A program made the position numbers and the translations under genes. Source: Paraspadella gotoi (Eukaryota; Animalia; Chaetognatha). Taken from it: a stretch of 64,000 nt of DNA. The notes under the pieces are model-generated. The model made no database searches, was not told the origin of the DNA, and was given only the letters and a program-made list of their open reading frames with translations. The DNA lies in assembly GCA_051294375.1 (NCBI GenBank), contig CM119264.1, positions 23,782,285 through 23,846,284 on the forward strand, given 5' to 3'. Below are positions 40,526 to 53,579 of the stretch, piece after piece (position 1 is the first letter of the stretch; every line of letters begins with the position of its first letter).

Positions 40526-40682
40526 GCAGCGCAGTCTGGATCAAGCTCAACGACGACGATGTCTTCGAGAAAGTCCTCTTCCTCGGAGCGGCCCCGTCGA
40601 TCAATCCATCGATCTCCACAAATACGGATACAAGATAAGCGGGAAGACGAACACTCTCCTCGTCAGAACGTCACTTTCGAGG
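40526..40682 (+). pseudogene. Inverted copy of IgSF exon 2 (frameshifted; probable assembly duplicate)
   Basis: GSAVWIKLNDDDVFEKVLFLG is visible in ORF 40408-40638. Two single-base deletions relative to 31429-31587. Confidence 0.75.
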
Positions 40683-41162
40683 GTAAGGTTTTTGGGAGGT
40701 AAGGGGGGGCTGAGGAAATGCCTGGAGAATAGCCTGTTGGAATGCCTGAGGAATGACTGGAGAAATGCTGAAGAAATTGAGGCCAATCTTCCTGCTTGAG
40801 GTTAAGATCTGAAAGTTGGGTTCGCTTTTGGTCAGAAATTTTATTCTTATTTCGTATTGCCAGTGACTCGCTCGTTGCAATGGAATTGGTACCACCATTT
40901 ATTACATTATCCATTCGTTCAATGATAAGCTCGCTTGTTCGCTGGCGGGACATAAAGGAGTCTCTAACAGTGCGCTTCGGGCTTCGTGTGTTTAATTTCT
41001 TTTTTTTAAATACCCGTAAATTCATGTGTCAGAAAAGTCCCGGATTGGAAACGATTGCTGATTTTGAAACCAACCGCTGAACTTGTTGGTTCAAAGCCGA
41101 GGCGAGCTGCAGTTCGAGATTTCCCTTTGAGAATGAGGAAGATAAACGTAGATTCGATTCTG

Positions 41163-41212
<50 letters not shown>

Positions 41213-41349
41213 GAGAGAGAGACGAGAGAGGATAAACGGGGATCCGAATGGGATGGGACTTTGCCGCGCCTGCCGTTCTCTTTTCCCTTTGGTGGCAGAC
41301 AAAGCGAGAGAGCGAGAGATTGCAGAGTGCGTGAATGAGAGGGAGGGAA

Positions 41350-41404
<55 letters not shown>

Positions 41405-42784
41405 GAACGCGCATCTATAGCCGTTAAACAACGCGATAGTGAAACTCCGGTTTCATCTTGAATGGATTGTAAACCATAAAAGAAATTTAAAACCATTAGG
41501 GAGGGAGAGAGAGAGAGAAGGAGAGAGAGAGAGAGAAAGAGAGAGAGCGACCAGGCAGCCAAGGAGCATGTGTCGCGGCCGTCGTTATTGCGATACTGTA
41601 ACTCTCTCTCGCTTTCGCTCTCTCTCTCTCTGCTCGCCTCTCCCACGGAGAGAGAGCGAGAGTGAGTGAGAGAGAAAGAGGTAGAGGGTACACACACACA
41701 CAGAGGAGAGAGAGAGCGAGAGAGAGAGAGAGAGCGAGAGAGAGAGAGAGTTTCTCTATTTTCACCAACAATGAGAAAAAGGTAACGGGAGACGCGCGCT
41801 GGAGGAAAGAAGGAAGAAAATGAAAGAAGGAAAGAAGAGGAAAAATTTCTCGATTTTTCATTTTAACGATTTTCGCGATTTTGATTTTTGCGATTCTCCA
41901 TCATATTTTCCCTCCGGCGTCCGCGGCGGCGGCGGGAATTTCTTTTTTTCCGGCGTCGGCAAGAATCGTTTTCTTCCAGCGGTGGAGGACGCCGGTAGAG
42001 ACGGCGGCGGCGCGGCGGCGGCGTTTTTTGCCACCTGCGGTCGGAGGAGGAAAAATAGTCCGACGGCGATGGTATTCTAACTCGAGGGAATCTCCGGTCG
42101 TCTTCGTCGTCGTCATCGTCGTCGTTGTTGTCTTTGGCACCTGGTTCCCAGGCCGTGGGAGGTTTCCGCCTTTTTTTTTCCCGGTCCTCGGCCATTTCCG
42201 GCAAATTACGAGAAACACTTCCGAGCGCGACGGAAGAACCCCTTCCGGTCAGGAGAGTCTCGAGAAAAAAGGGTGTGGCAAGTGTTTTTGGTGCTTTGTT
42301 CCTCCGGCTCTTGATAGATCCTTTTTATGTCTTTTAGCCGAGGTTCGTTTTGCTTAGAAAGACGTTTATTTTCCGACTCTTTGTTAATTCGGGTCGTTTT
42401 ATTGTTAGAAAGTGCAATTTAACAGAAAAACAACAAAAGGGTTGTTAAATTACTAGTTGGTTTCATTGACTAAATAACGCAATATTTCCATTTTATCGTC
42501 GAAATGTTTCATAAATAACGGCTAGAATGCACGTAATTGCTAAAAAGCGCGATAAAAATGAATTAGGTAATTAATAGCTGCGAAATAGTAATAAATGAAT
42601 TAGGTAATGAATTAGCTGCGAAAATATAATAAATGAATTAGGTAATGAATTAGCTGAATTGTAATAAATGAAGGGCGCGATCGTAATAGCGTTAATGCTC
42701 GTCTCAACGACAGAATTTCATTAATTTAATGAAAATACCGCAAACCACGCCAGAAAAAGAAACGAATAAAATTTCGTTTTCTTC

Positions 42785-42826
<42 letters not shown>

Positions 42827-42834
42827 CTTCTCTC

Positions 42835-42877
<43 letters not shown>

Positions 42878-42907
42878 CCAATATTAATAGTTTTTTTTCT
42901 TTCCCTC

Positions 42908-42941
<34 letters not shown>

Positions 42942-43214
42942 CGGTTGGTAGTAGAACGGTCAACGACGACTTTACCGACGAAATGAGTTTTAAAAGTTAA
43001 TCGCAAAATTGCTAATTGGAGGAAATAATTGAGTTTAATCCTCAGCGGCGAAGATCAGCGGAGCGCAATGCGGAATGCCGGGAAACTAATAATAAATTTA
43101 TGTAATTATTGATAAATAAAAAAATGTCTCTTAGCAGTCTTAATTAAAATAAAGAAAGAGTAAAAAAGCAGCATCTGCCAGCAGAAGCAGCAACAGCAAC
43201 ATCACTGAACTCAC

Positions 43215-43449
43215 CGGACAAAGACACGCAGTCGAAGGCGACGTCTGTTCCAACAGGAACGACAGTCTGGAACTGTTGAATGCACTCGGCGGAAGGAAAG
43301 ATGAGAAAGAGGAGGATGCAGGGCAGCAGGGCGGCCAGCAGAGGCGAGATCAGGGCGGAAGGGTGAGGAAGGCCGGGAGAAGATCGTGGCGGCGAAACTC
43401 TGGAACTAGACGAGCGTCGTCGTCGCGGCGTCGTCGTCGTCATTCTCAT
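43215..43449 (-). CDS. IgSF receptor exon 1 (gene-orientation copy): signal peptide and start of Ig domain 1
   Basis: Translates MRMTTTTP...ISPLLAALLPCILLFLIFPSAEC-IQQFQTVVPVGTDVAFDCVSLS-G. Hydrophobic signal-like stretch, then an Ig B-strand Cys. Donor G|GTGAGT is phase 1, matching exon 2. Start codon uncertain because of indel noise. Confidence 0.75.
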
Positions 43450-45699
43450 CGTCGTCGTCGTCGTCGAGGTTGAGGGAGAGAGATTGAGGGAAAGATGGAG
43501 ATAGAGATGTTACTGATGTAGATGGAGATGGAAATATGGAGAGAAGAAGAGTTGGATAGAGAGGGAGATTGCGGTTAATCTAGGAAGGAAGTGGAGGATA
43601 AAGACGAAGGGAGACGACGATGATCCCACGGCGAACTAGATGACGAACTTCTTCGTGCGGCGAACGAAGGGCGNNNNNNNNNNTATAAACAATTATTGGA
43701 ATATTTGCGACTTAATCTCAGTTATTCCGCTACTATGAAAAAGTGCGAGAAAGCAATAAAGATATGTTGTGGAAATGCGTAAGTATTAAATATATTTCTG
43801 AATGGTAATTCAAATGTGTTGCGCCGCAGTGACAGTCTTATCACGTGTATTTCTTGTGACATAACATGATATGATGTGACATGACTACATGACTACAATA
43901 ACAATGTATTTCTAACACGCACTGCATCGAAATTTTGTTTTTTATTTGTTATAGTTTTAGGATTTCCATAAGGTGGCTCTAGCAGTCCCTTAGATTTGAT
44001 GTTTTTTCGTGTCTTGACAAATGAGCAACCAATTATATGCAGGTTATAAGCGTTTTTAACGTAAGTGGGACAGACCACGGAACAGACATATCGACTGATG
44101 GAACAATGGACCGACGGACCAACTGATGGTCCAACAGACCGATCAAAAAGTGACTTCTTGAGTTGCTCCACGAGTACTCGTGGCGCAACTAATAAAAGAC
44201 GGAATTTTGATGCAGTGCATGTCATAAATATACGGGCTAAAAAAGTTATTGTAGTCATGTAGTCATGTTATGTCACCTCATGGCATGTCTTGTCAAGTCA
44301 TGTCATGTCATGTCACGAGAAATACACGTGATAAGGCAGATACTGCGGCGCAACACATTTGTTTTTCCAGCATGGTCCACTCAAAAAATAGTTTTCTTTT
44401 TCTTTGAGTATAAAACTTTTTTCTTCCTGTCGACCTTAAAGGTTTTTTAAAAGTTTTTATTGTCAAAGAAACTTGAGGTGAATTTGAAATTTTAAACGCG
44501 CGTCGTCGTCGTTATTATGGTTGTGGTCGTCGTCATTATAGTCGTTGCGCTTGCCGTCGTCAAGCCGGTAAACTCATGTACAGAAAGGGCAAAGAGGCAA
44601 AAAAGTAAAAAAAAAGTACTAGAGCCCAGAATAGCGAGAAAGAAGCGAATAAAATAAAGCGTCGATGGCAAGAAAAAGTAGGAAATTCGAAGCAGAGAGT
44701 CAAAAGCNNNNNNNNNNNNNNNNNNNNNNNNNACATACCTGTTTTCATTCTCTGCTGATTCACATCAATAACATCATCTACTGTTCCACGACTGGGCGAG
44801 AATATTATGTTTCATACCTAACTAGGAATGAAAAAGCGATTTCATTGTTCTCCAAAAAGATCTGCAGGAACTTTATTCTTCACACCACAGTGGACAACAC
44901 TTCACACGAATTGAATCGCCGGCCAAACCGGTGAGGTGGAGGAAGGTTGGAGACCTGTGGCGGATCGTTTCACATGCAATTTTAGTAATTTCGATAAAAG
45001 AATTTCGACGGATGCGGCAGGTCAAAATTTGTGAAAATTTTCCGCGCGCCAATCGACCGGTTTTTTTCGGTTGAATCTTCGAAAGTTTTTCGTGATTTCG
45101 TTTTTTTTTTTTTTCTCGCAAATTCCGAATCAAATTTAGCAGAGACAGCAAGAAAAAAAACAACCGAGGAAATATTTATATTTTCGAATTCGGGACACAG
45201 CCGGGATTCAATTGTCCGAGTTTTTCCGTACTGAATAGTCATCAATTGATTGGACTGTTCCTTTCGTACAGCGTTTACCTTCGCTTTCGTCGCGCGGCTT
45301 TTCGCTCGTCATTCGCGCGATGTTCGCCAGATGTCGCGCCTTTTCGGCCTCGGCCATTCGCGAGACCTTAATCTAAGGAGAAGGCGTTCATTCTTGCTTA
45401 CCCCTTCGTCTTTTCGCCTTCGCGCCTTCATCGCTTCGGCTTCGCCTTCGCCTTCGGGCCTAGACGCGCTTCGCCTTAGTGTTGCCGTCACGAAGAGTTC
45501 GTCATCATGAGTTCGCCGTGCGGATCATTCGTCGTCTCCTTTCGTCTTCTATCCTCCCATTTCTTCACTCAGATAAACCCGGCAATCTCCTCTCTATCCC
45601 CTTCTTCTCTTCCATATGTTCCATCTCCATCTACATTCAGTACCTCTATCTCATCTTTTCCTCAATCGTCTCGTCCCTAACGCTGAGGCGACGACGAAG

Positions 45700-46004
45700 A
45701 CGACTGAAGAATGGACGAGAGAACGACGGCCGACGACGGACGGACGGCTCGTCTAGTCCAACAGAAGTTTGCTCGGCCGACCACGCGATCTTTCTCCTCT
45801 CCGGCTTCCTCACTTCCGGTCGCGCCCTGATCTGCCTCGCTGGCTGCTGGTCCGCCTGCTGCCCTACTGCACTCGTCAACCCTGGCTCTTCCTCATCTTT
45901 CTGTGTTTCCTTCCACGCCGAGTGCATTCACGAGTTTCCAACTGTCGTTCTAGTTGGAGGGAGCGGACGTCGCCTTTCGAGACCCTGACGTGTCTGTCTC
46001 CCGG
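45700..46004 (+). pseudogene. Third, insertion-riddled copy of IgSF exon 1
   Basis: Noisy match (gccgagtgcattcacgagtttccaactgtcgttc...gtgagttcagtg) to 34490-34745. Confidence 0.6.
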
Positions 46005-47580
46005 GTGAGTTCAGTGTGACGGTTATGCTGTTGCTGCTTCTTGGCTTGGCAGATGCTGCTTTTTTTCTGCCTTCTTTATTTTAACTTAGAACTGCTGGTT
46101 GCTACAGACCCCATTTTTTTATTTTCATTACAATAATTACAACATTAAGATTTTTATTAGTTTTTCCCGGCATTTTTCTCCGCATTGCGCTCCGACTGAT
46201 ACTTCGCCGCTGGGATTAACTCAAATTATTTCCTCCACATTACAATTTTTTGCGATTAAAACACTACTTTTAAAACTCATAAATTTCGTCGGTAAAGTCG
46301 TCTTGACACGTTCTATCTAAAAAACAAAATAGAGAAAAAAAAACTAAAATCTACCCCTGAGCACCGTCATCCATCCATCATCATCGATCATCATCATCAT
46401 ATCATCATCATCATCATCATCATCAATCACCATCATACATGCATCAGTCGAGAGTGATCATCTCAATCATATCCGTCATCATCAGTCGTGAAAACTAAAT
46501 TATCATCATAACTTAATTTACCTCTATTACTAGCATAATCTTCACATTAATATTCTCCTCCTACCTACGATTCATTTTCTCTCACTCTCTCGCCTTCTTC
46601 CCGCGCTTTCATCCAACAGGCCATTTCCGCACCTCTCCACCGCTGCCCACCTGCGCTCTTTCATTTAAGTCTTTCTTTTCTTTCCGCGTGATTTCAATTT
46701 CAATTAAGCCGGGCACCTTGCGCAATTTGGACCTTTTTCCTTCTTCTCCCGGCGTCTCCCACCACCCACCCACCTCCTGCCCTTCAATTTTGCCCCCTCG
46801 CTGCGCCCCCTCTATGTTCTCGAAGAGGTTTTCACCCAGGCACGCATTTTGGCTATGTTTTTTTTTTTTTCATGAATGGCGAAGGGCGAAATGCGAAAGG
46901 CGAAGGGTAAAGGACGAAGAGTGAACAGTCAATCAATATGACTAATCAGACGAAAGACTCGACAATGAATCCGACGAATTGAAATTAAATTTCCTCGTTT
47001 TTAAATTTGATGGAATTTGCGAGAAAAAAAAAACGAAATCACGAAAACTTCGAAGATTCACCGAAATAAACGTCGATTGGCGAAAATTCACAAATTTTGA
47101 CGGAATTCGAAGCAAATTTGACTGTGAAAGTCGCCATGGCTCACCGGGCGATTAATTCGTGAAAATATTCTGCAGTGGAGAACATGAAATGTTCGCTTTA
47201 GTTTGGAACATAAAATGTTCCCTAGTGTTTGGAACAAATGATGTTGAGCAGAGAATGAAAACAGAGTAACGAGTTTTCTTTGAGTCGCAGGAAAAATCGA
47301 TTTTAAAAATTTTGAAGAATCATTTTTTTTTCTTTTGGTCGATGAACGAACATGAAAACCTGGAAAAGAGAAGAATGAAGGTAAGTTAAAACGAAGGTTC
47401 AGGTTTTGCATCTTTAGAAGTGAGTGAATATTGAATAATATCTTAACTTATAGTTAATTATAGTTAATTCCTTTCTTTCAAAAAACGTCACCAGTTGGAC
47501 ATCTGGGATTAATATTTGATTATTTAAAATTTAAAAAATGAGCTAATCCAGTTTTAAGAATTACAATCTGCGCAAGATTC

Positions 47581-47597
47581 TTGGCGCCAAATTTGAA
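47581..47597 (+). promoter_or_regulatory. E2F/CDE-CHR-like composite TTGGCGCCAAATTTGAA
   Basis: GGCGC, a 4-nt spacer, then TTTGAA: the spacing described for CDE/CHR elements. Motif match only. Confidence 0.25.
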
Positions 47598-47715
47598 AAA
47601 AGATTTTTTTTCCTTTTTGTTATCGATTAATGATGAGAATAAAAAAAATATTATCAACGCAAATCCAATTCACGCGATATCTCAGCCGATATTCGCTTTG
47701 ACTTCTTAATGAATC

Positions 47716-47769
<54 letters not shown>

Positions 47770-47776
47770 AGAGAAG

Positions 47777-47807
<31 letters not shown>

Positions 47808-47919
47808 CGTGTTTTTTATGAGGATGTCAAGGAGAAAAAAGAAATTCCGGCGACTTTGAGGCTCCCGTTAAAAGCGGAGTTCCGACTACTCGGAGATTCG
47901 CGCCTTCCCTGGCACAATG

Positions 47920-47933
47920 GTTACCATGGAAAC
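47920..47933. promoter_or_regulatory. RFX X-box-like palindrome GTTACCATGGAAAC
   Basis: Matches the RFX consensus GTTNCCATGGNAAC. Lies upstream of the minus-strand IgSF gene. Confidence 0.45.
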
Positions 47934-48293
47934 GACAACAATTCAAAGTGCACCCACATGAAATTTATGGCCCTTCTTTCCAGGAACGAGTATGGAAAAG
48001 GAATAAGAAGGTTTTCTCGCTTTTTTTTCTCTCTTTTTTTGTTCTTTCCAAAATTCTTTCTTTCCTTTTTTTTTCTTTCTTTCCTTTCTACTTTTGTTTC
48101 GCTCTCTCCTTCTCTTCTCGTAACTTGCGCGCATGCGTGTAAGAATCCTGTAAAAGCGAATGTAAGACTTTCACTCTCAAAGTCGGCAACGCGATGGAGG
48201 AAAGATGGAGGATAGAACTAAAGAAAAAAAATAAAGAAAGAAAGAAAGAAAGAAAGAATAAAAGAAAGAAAGAAAGAAAGAAAGAAAGAATAA

Positions 48294-48353
<60 letters not shown>

Positions 48354-48448
48354 AAAAAGGGGAAAAAAGAAGAAAAAAAAGGAAAGAAACAAGAAAGAAA
48401 TAAATAGAGAAACAAAGATATAATGAAATAAAAAATAAAGAAAGAAAC

Positions 48449-48487
<39 letters not shown>

Positions 48488-49339
48488 CAAAGAAAGAAAA
48501 AAAGAAAGAAAGAACAAGCACAATTGAACTAAATTAGAGTAAATATGAAAAAAAACGAGACCTAACCAAGAAAACTCTCGAAAAAATATGGAGAGGCGAA
48601 TCGGAATAAGGGGAAAAGATCACAACTGCCAAAAAAAGCAGAGAAAACGAAGATAAAAAGAGAAAAACGGAAAAAAAAGGGAAAAAACGCGTGGAAATTA
48701 AAGAAATAACATGGAACCGAACCCCAGACGGAAATCCAGCCAAGTGCAACATATTCGTAGGAATTGGAATCCGACTCTGCAAATATCCTTGTTTTCTTTG
48801 TGGAANNNNNNNNNNNNNNNNNNNNNNNNNNNNNNNNNNNNNNNNNNNNNNNNNNNNNNNNNNNNNNNNNNNNNNNNNNNNNNNNNNNNNNNNNNNNNNN
48901 NNNNNNNNNNNNNNNNNNNNNNNNNNNNNNNNNNNNNNNNNNNNNNNNNNNNNNNNNNNNNNNNNNNNNNNNNNNNNNNNNNNNNNNNNNNNNNNNNNNN
49001 NNNNNNNNNNNNNNNNNNNNNNNNNNNNNNNNNNNNNNCCCCCACCCGGATGTTCCCTCCAACGCTCTCACAATCACTATCCAAAACGCTCGCCAAAAAG
49101 CTCTCCCAAATCTCTCTCTGTATCAAACGAGTGTAATGTAATGTATATTCAAAGATAACTTTTTAGTGCGAGAAAATTGTCTCGATTATTTTCGTGGGGA
49201 AATTTTCGTACGGAAATAAAATATTTATTCGTTTTTCTTCTGATTGAAGCTTCTTTCAAAAAATCATCAGCGATAAGATTCCGCAGAATGTTTCTTTTAT
49301 TGGAGCGGTGAGAAATAAAGAGAGAGGAGAGAGCAAGAG

Positions 49340-49392
<53 letters not shown>

Positions 49393-50118
49393 CCCAAGGG
49401 CGACGTGAGTCTGGATTGTTGTGTCGATTTGCGATTTGCGAGTTGGGATGATGATGACGACGACGAAGACGACGACGATGTTAAAAATGTTGGAGATGAT
49501 GTCGACGGAGAAGATAAAAACGAAGACGATGAAAAAGATGATGGACAAAATGAGGATGTAAGAAATAAGGATGATGGAGAAAATGAGGATGATAAAGAGA
49601 ATTAGGGTTAAGATGAAGATGATATATTAATATATTAAAATATATTAAAAGAAGAAAATGATGAAATGATGAAGACCACAACCAAAACGAGCAAAACGAC
49701 ATTGAAAACGACGACCACAACGACAACCACAACGACGAAAATCACCACATTGATGAGTTGTTTCGTTGACGACGAAATTTGCGCGGAAAAAAAATGATGA
49801 GATGAGATTCCGCGTTTTCTAATCTCCGGTTGGAAGCGGAAGTGACGAGGGCCGTGTCCGACATGAGTTATTAATTCGGGTCAGAGAGAGAGAGAGAGAG
49901 AGNNNNNNNNNNNNNNNNNNNNNNNNNNNNNNNNNNNNNNNNNNNNNNNNNNNNNNNNNNNNNNNNNNNNNNNNNNNNNNNNNNNNNNNNNNNNNNNNNN
50001 NNNNNNNNNNNNNNNNNNNNNNNNNNNNNNNNNNNNNNNNNNNNNNNNNNNNNNNNNNNNNNNNNNNNNNNNNNNNNNNNNNNNNNNNNNNNNNNNNNNN
50101 NNNNNNNNNNNNNNNNNT

Positions 50119-50590
50119 TGTTTCGACGTAGTACTTGTTTTCGTGACCTCTTTAGCGAGGTGGGAGTCGTTGTTGTCATCATACTCGTTCCTCTCGAAAC
50201 CGTGAGTCTTCGTGCGGTCGATGACCGACGGGACGGCGGAAATCATCACGGCCTCGTCAAAAACTTGGCACGATGCTAATCCAAAGACGTTTTCAATTTT
50301 CTTCCTCTATCGATGCTGGCGTCGACATGTAGTTATCTTTGTCATCGTCGTCTTCGGTCTCTCTGTCATTGTTGGCATCATCAAGTTGTCAATGTCGACG
50401 TCGTCATCGTCACAGGCATAGTCATCGTCGTCACTATGGCAACAGTAGCTTATGCATCGACGTCGTCGACAATGTAGTCGTCGGAAACTTCGTCACTCTC
50501 GTTTTCGTCGTTAACCCACTATTAGCATCTTCGTTGTCGTCGTCGTCGTCGTTCGTCGTCAAATTGACTTCCGGTTTCTTGTTTTTTTGA
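50119..50590 (-). CDS. Possible Asp/Glu-rich coding exon of a second gene, frameshifted
   Basis: Successive frames read PEVNLTTNDDDDDNEDANSG / DENESDEVSDDYIVDDVD / SDDDDYACDDDDVDIDN / DDANNDRETEDDDKDNYMSTPASIEEE / IENVFGLASCQVFDEAVMISAVPSVIDRTKTHGFERNEYDDNNDSHLAKEVTKTSTTSKQ. No splice sites or domain confirmed. Confidence 0.25.
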
Positions 50591-52682
50591 TGAGATATAA
50601 GGAGCACGGAGGTAGGTGAGAGAGAAGGGTAGACGTTGTTGAGATGTACAATCAATAACTCGTTCGAGACGAGTCCGACAAGCAGCCGGAAGTCGGAAGA
50701 GATGCCTGCAGTCTCGTGGCGGTCCGAGTTAGACACGGACAGGCAGAGATTCGCGACGGAAATGCATAGGAACAACAGAATAAAAGGCTGGATGAACTGG
50801 CACGTGCAAAAACACTGTTTCGGGGCACTCCGCCGATCTTGCCTTAATCTCTACTCACAGAACTCTGTCCTTGCATCTTTCTGCACTATCTCCTTTCTCT
50901 CCTCCTACTCGATGCTGTGGCTGGCGTCGACATGTTAGGTTATCTTTGCGTCATATCGTCCGTCTTACCGGTCTCTCTGTCCACATTGTTGGCATCCATC
51001 GAATGTGTCAGATCGTCGTATCCGTCAGGTCCTCGTCATCTCCGTTTCTACAGAGCAATCATAGTTCATGCGTCGTCACTAGTGCAGGAACAGTACTTTT
51101 ATCGCATCGGTCCTCACTCTCTCTCTGCTCTCTCCGTCTTATAATCTCCACTGAATAGTAAGTCATCCCGTTCTGTGTCAGCGATCGAAATCAAAGCTTC
51201 GTCCCCACGTTCTCCATCTCAGTCCAGCTTTCCTCGTTTTCGTCGTTAAGCCCTCCATCACCTCCAAACTCCTACGCCACTATTATAGCTATCTTCGATT
51301 GTCCGTCGCCGTCTCGTCTCTGCAGTCCGTGTCGTTCCGTCAAATTTCGCAAGCTTCCGGCCTCTTGGTTTTTTTTGATGACTCCAGAACTTAGTTTCTT
51401 TTTTGTGGTTGAAAAAGGGGAAGGCGCGGTGGGGGGGCGTCGGGGGCGGGATGAGAGGGGGCAGCGAAAAGTGAGGGGTCGGGGCAAAATGGATTTGGCA
51501 TGGAATTTTGGTAAAGGCTGGATGACAGGGTAAGGGGGCGTGGGGGGGGAGCCGGCGAGAAGGTCGTGGAACGAGTGTAGGGGGTCGGGCGCCAAAATGG
51601 AATTGGTAAAGCGGATGAAGGGAGGGGCGGTTTGGGCGGTGGGAGGCCCCGGCTCGGCGAAANNNNNNNNNNNNNNNNNNNNNNNNNGGCGAGAGGGTGG
51701 CACGAGTGATGGTGTTGGGGAAATGGAATTGGTGATGCGGACGATGCGGTTGAATGAGTAATGAAGACGGGGAAGTTTGAAGGAAGAGATGATTAGTGAC
51801 GCGATGGTGGTAAAGGGGAGAGTAAAAGAGGTGGAGTGGGAGATCCGAATCGATTTGAAACTCTAATGGCGAAAGTGACGCGTCGATTGTCGAAAATGAA
51901 ATTATGTGATTAACCGAAGTGAAATGTTTTCATCGTCTCGTCGGCAATGAGGATAAATTCGAGTCCTACTACGAGAGAGTGGCAGAAAATTCTGAGAAAT
52001 CTACATCAAAGAAAGTCTTTTTGAGAATTTCTGCCATAGAGTTTGGGGCTCGTGAGGCCTCGTGAAGTTTAAGGCTTGTAAAGAAGATGCTGGCGGTTTT
52101 GACAGAATCATTGTTCGCGGTGTGAGAAAGGGAGAAAGAGAGAATGAAGGAGAAAGAAAAATAGAAAGTGGAAGGGAGGGTGAAAGAAAAAGATAGAAGA
52201 AAAGATTCGAGTGGAATTCAGCAAGGGATAGACAAGTGCGAAAAAGATATAAAAAAATAAATCGAATAACTTTCGGTAAAGAAAAATAAAGAGAGCAGAA
52301 GCCAGAAGGGGAAAAGTATGGGAACAAAGGAAAAGCTATTATAAAAATCATTAAAAATGATAATAATAAAGAGCAAAAAATGTACATAAACTATAAGAGA
52401 CTCGGGGAAGAAAGAAAGCAAGATATCAAGAGTGAAAGAGAGAGCGACAGACAGACAGAAGAAAAAAAGAAAGAAAAATGAGAAAAGGTGGCCCGAACTA
52501 AAACTGGCGCCAAAATTAAGTTGCTTAATGGAAACCTCCGTTACTGCATTTCCGACACTCCTTAAAACATAGCGAGCGGGCGGTGAGAGAGAGATACCGC
52601 TTACATGAGAAAATAGGGAGAGTCAGAAAGAGAGGAGAGAAGAGAAGACGAGAGTCAGATGAGAGATCGAAGAGATGTCCGT

Positions 52683-52725
<43 letters not shown>

Positions 52726-53579
52726 AAAATAGAGAATCTTTTTATCGATGTGTACGAAACAGTTAGACTGTTTTCTTTTTCACAAAAACCGAAAGTTGTT
52801 TACACATGAGTTTTTTTTTTTTTCTAAATTGGAAACATACAAAGCCAAACAACATTTTTATTAAAAACATTTTAATTATTGTTTGGGTAAATTCTAAACC
52901 AGAAGGAATAAGAAGAAAAAGGAGGAGAAGGGAAGGGGGGGAGAGAGAGAGAGAAAGAGGAAGAGAGAAGGAGAGAGAGATGAGGGGAGAAGAGAGAAAG
53001 AGGAGAGCAGAGAGAGAGTGACCGAGAGTTCAGTCCTCAACGGCGTCTGGACTCATCGCAAAGTCGAAAGCCACTTCTTTGCAATTCTCTTTCACTTGCA
53101 ATTCGTTGGCGGACACAGGCGTCGACACGAGTAGAGAGAGAGAGACAAGCAGAGAAAGCGTCGAGCAGAGAGAAGGAGGAGAGAGGAGAGAGAAGAGGAG
53201 AGAGAGCAGAGGAGAGAAGAAAGAAAAGGAGAGAGGATTTTAAGGTGAGTGAAGATAATGAAGGGAAGAAGAAGGCAGAGAGGAAGAGGGGATAGGAAAA
53301 AAGAAAACCAGGAGTAAAGAATAAAGGTGAAGGAATGCAAAAGAAAAAAAAAATCAAAAAAGGAAATAAAACATCAGATGAAACGGGAATTTGAGGGAGG
53401 TGTTAGGAAAATAGGAAAAATTAGATAAAGGAACACGCAGTAAGGAAGGCAGAAAAATAGATTTTTCTCAATTCATCTTTTCCTGGGCAAACACATTGAG
53501 AGTAGTAGAAAGAAGAAATAAACACTAGAAAAAAAACAGTAATTTTAAGACACTCCTCATATTTCAAAAATAAAAGAAA

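Larger units (their letters stand above)
29277..42783. repeat. Large inverted duplication, arms about 29277-33584 and 37945-42783
   Basis: Collinear reverse-complement match. The ORF track shows mirrored peptides, e.g. DRSFLCLLAEVRFA at 29723(-) and 41881(+), and MCQKSPGLETIADFETNR at 30664(-) and 40796(+). Confidence 0.92.

Noticed and set aside
49405-49605. Plus-strand Asp-rich ORF
   Set aside because: Short, GTG start, consistent with a decayed (GAT/GAC)n tract; no exon boundaries.
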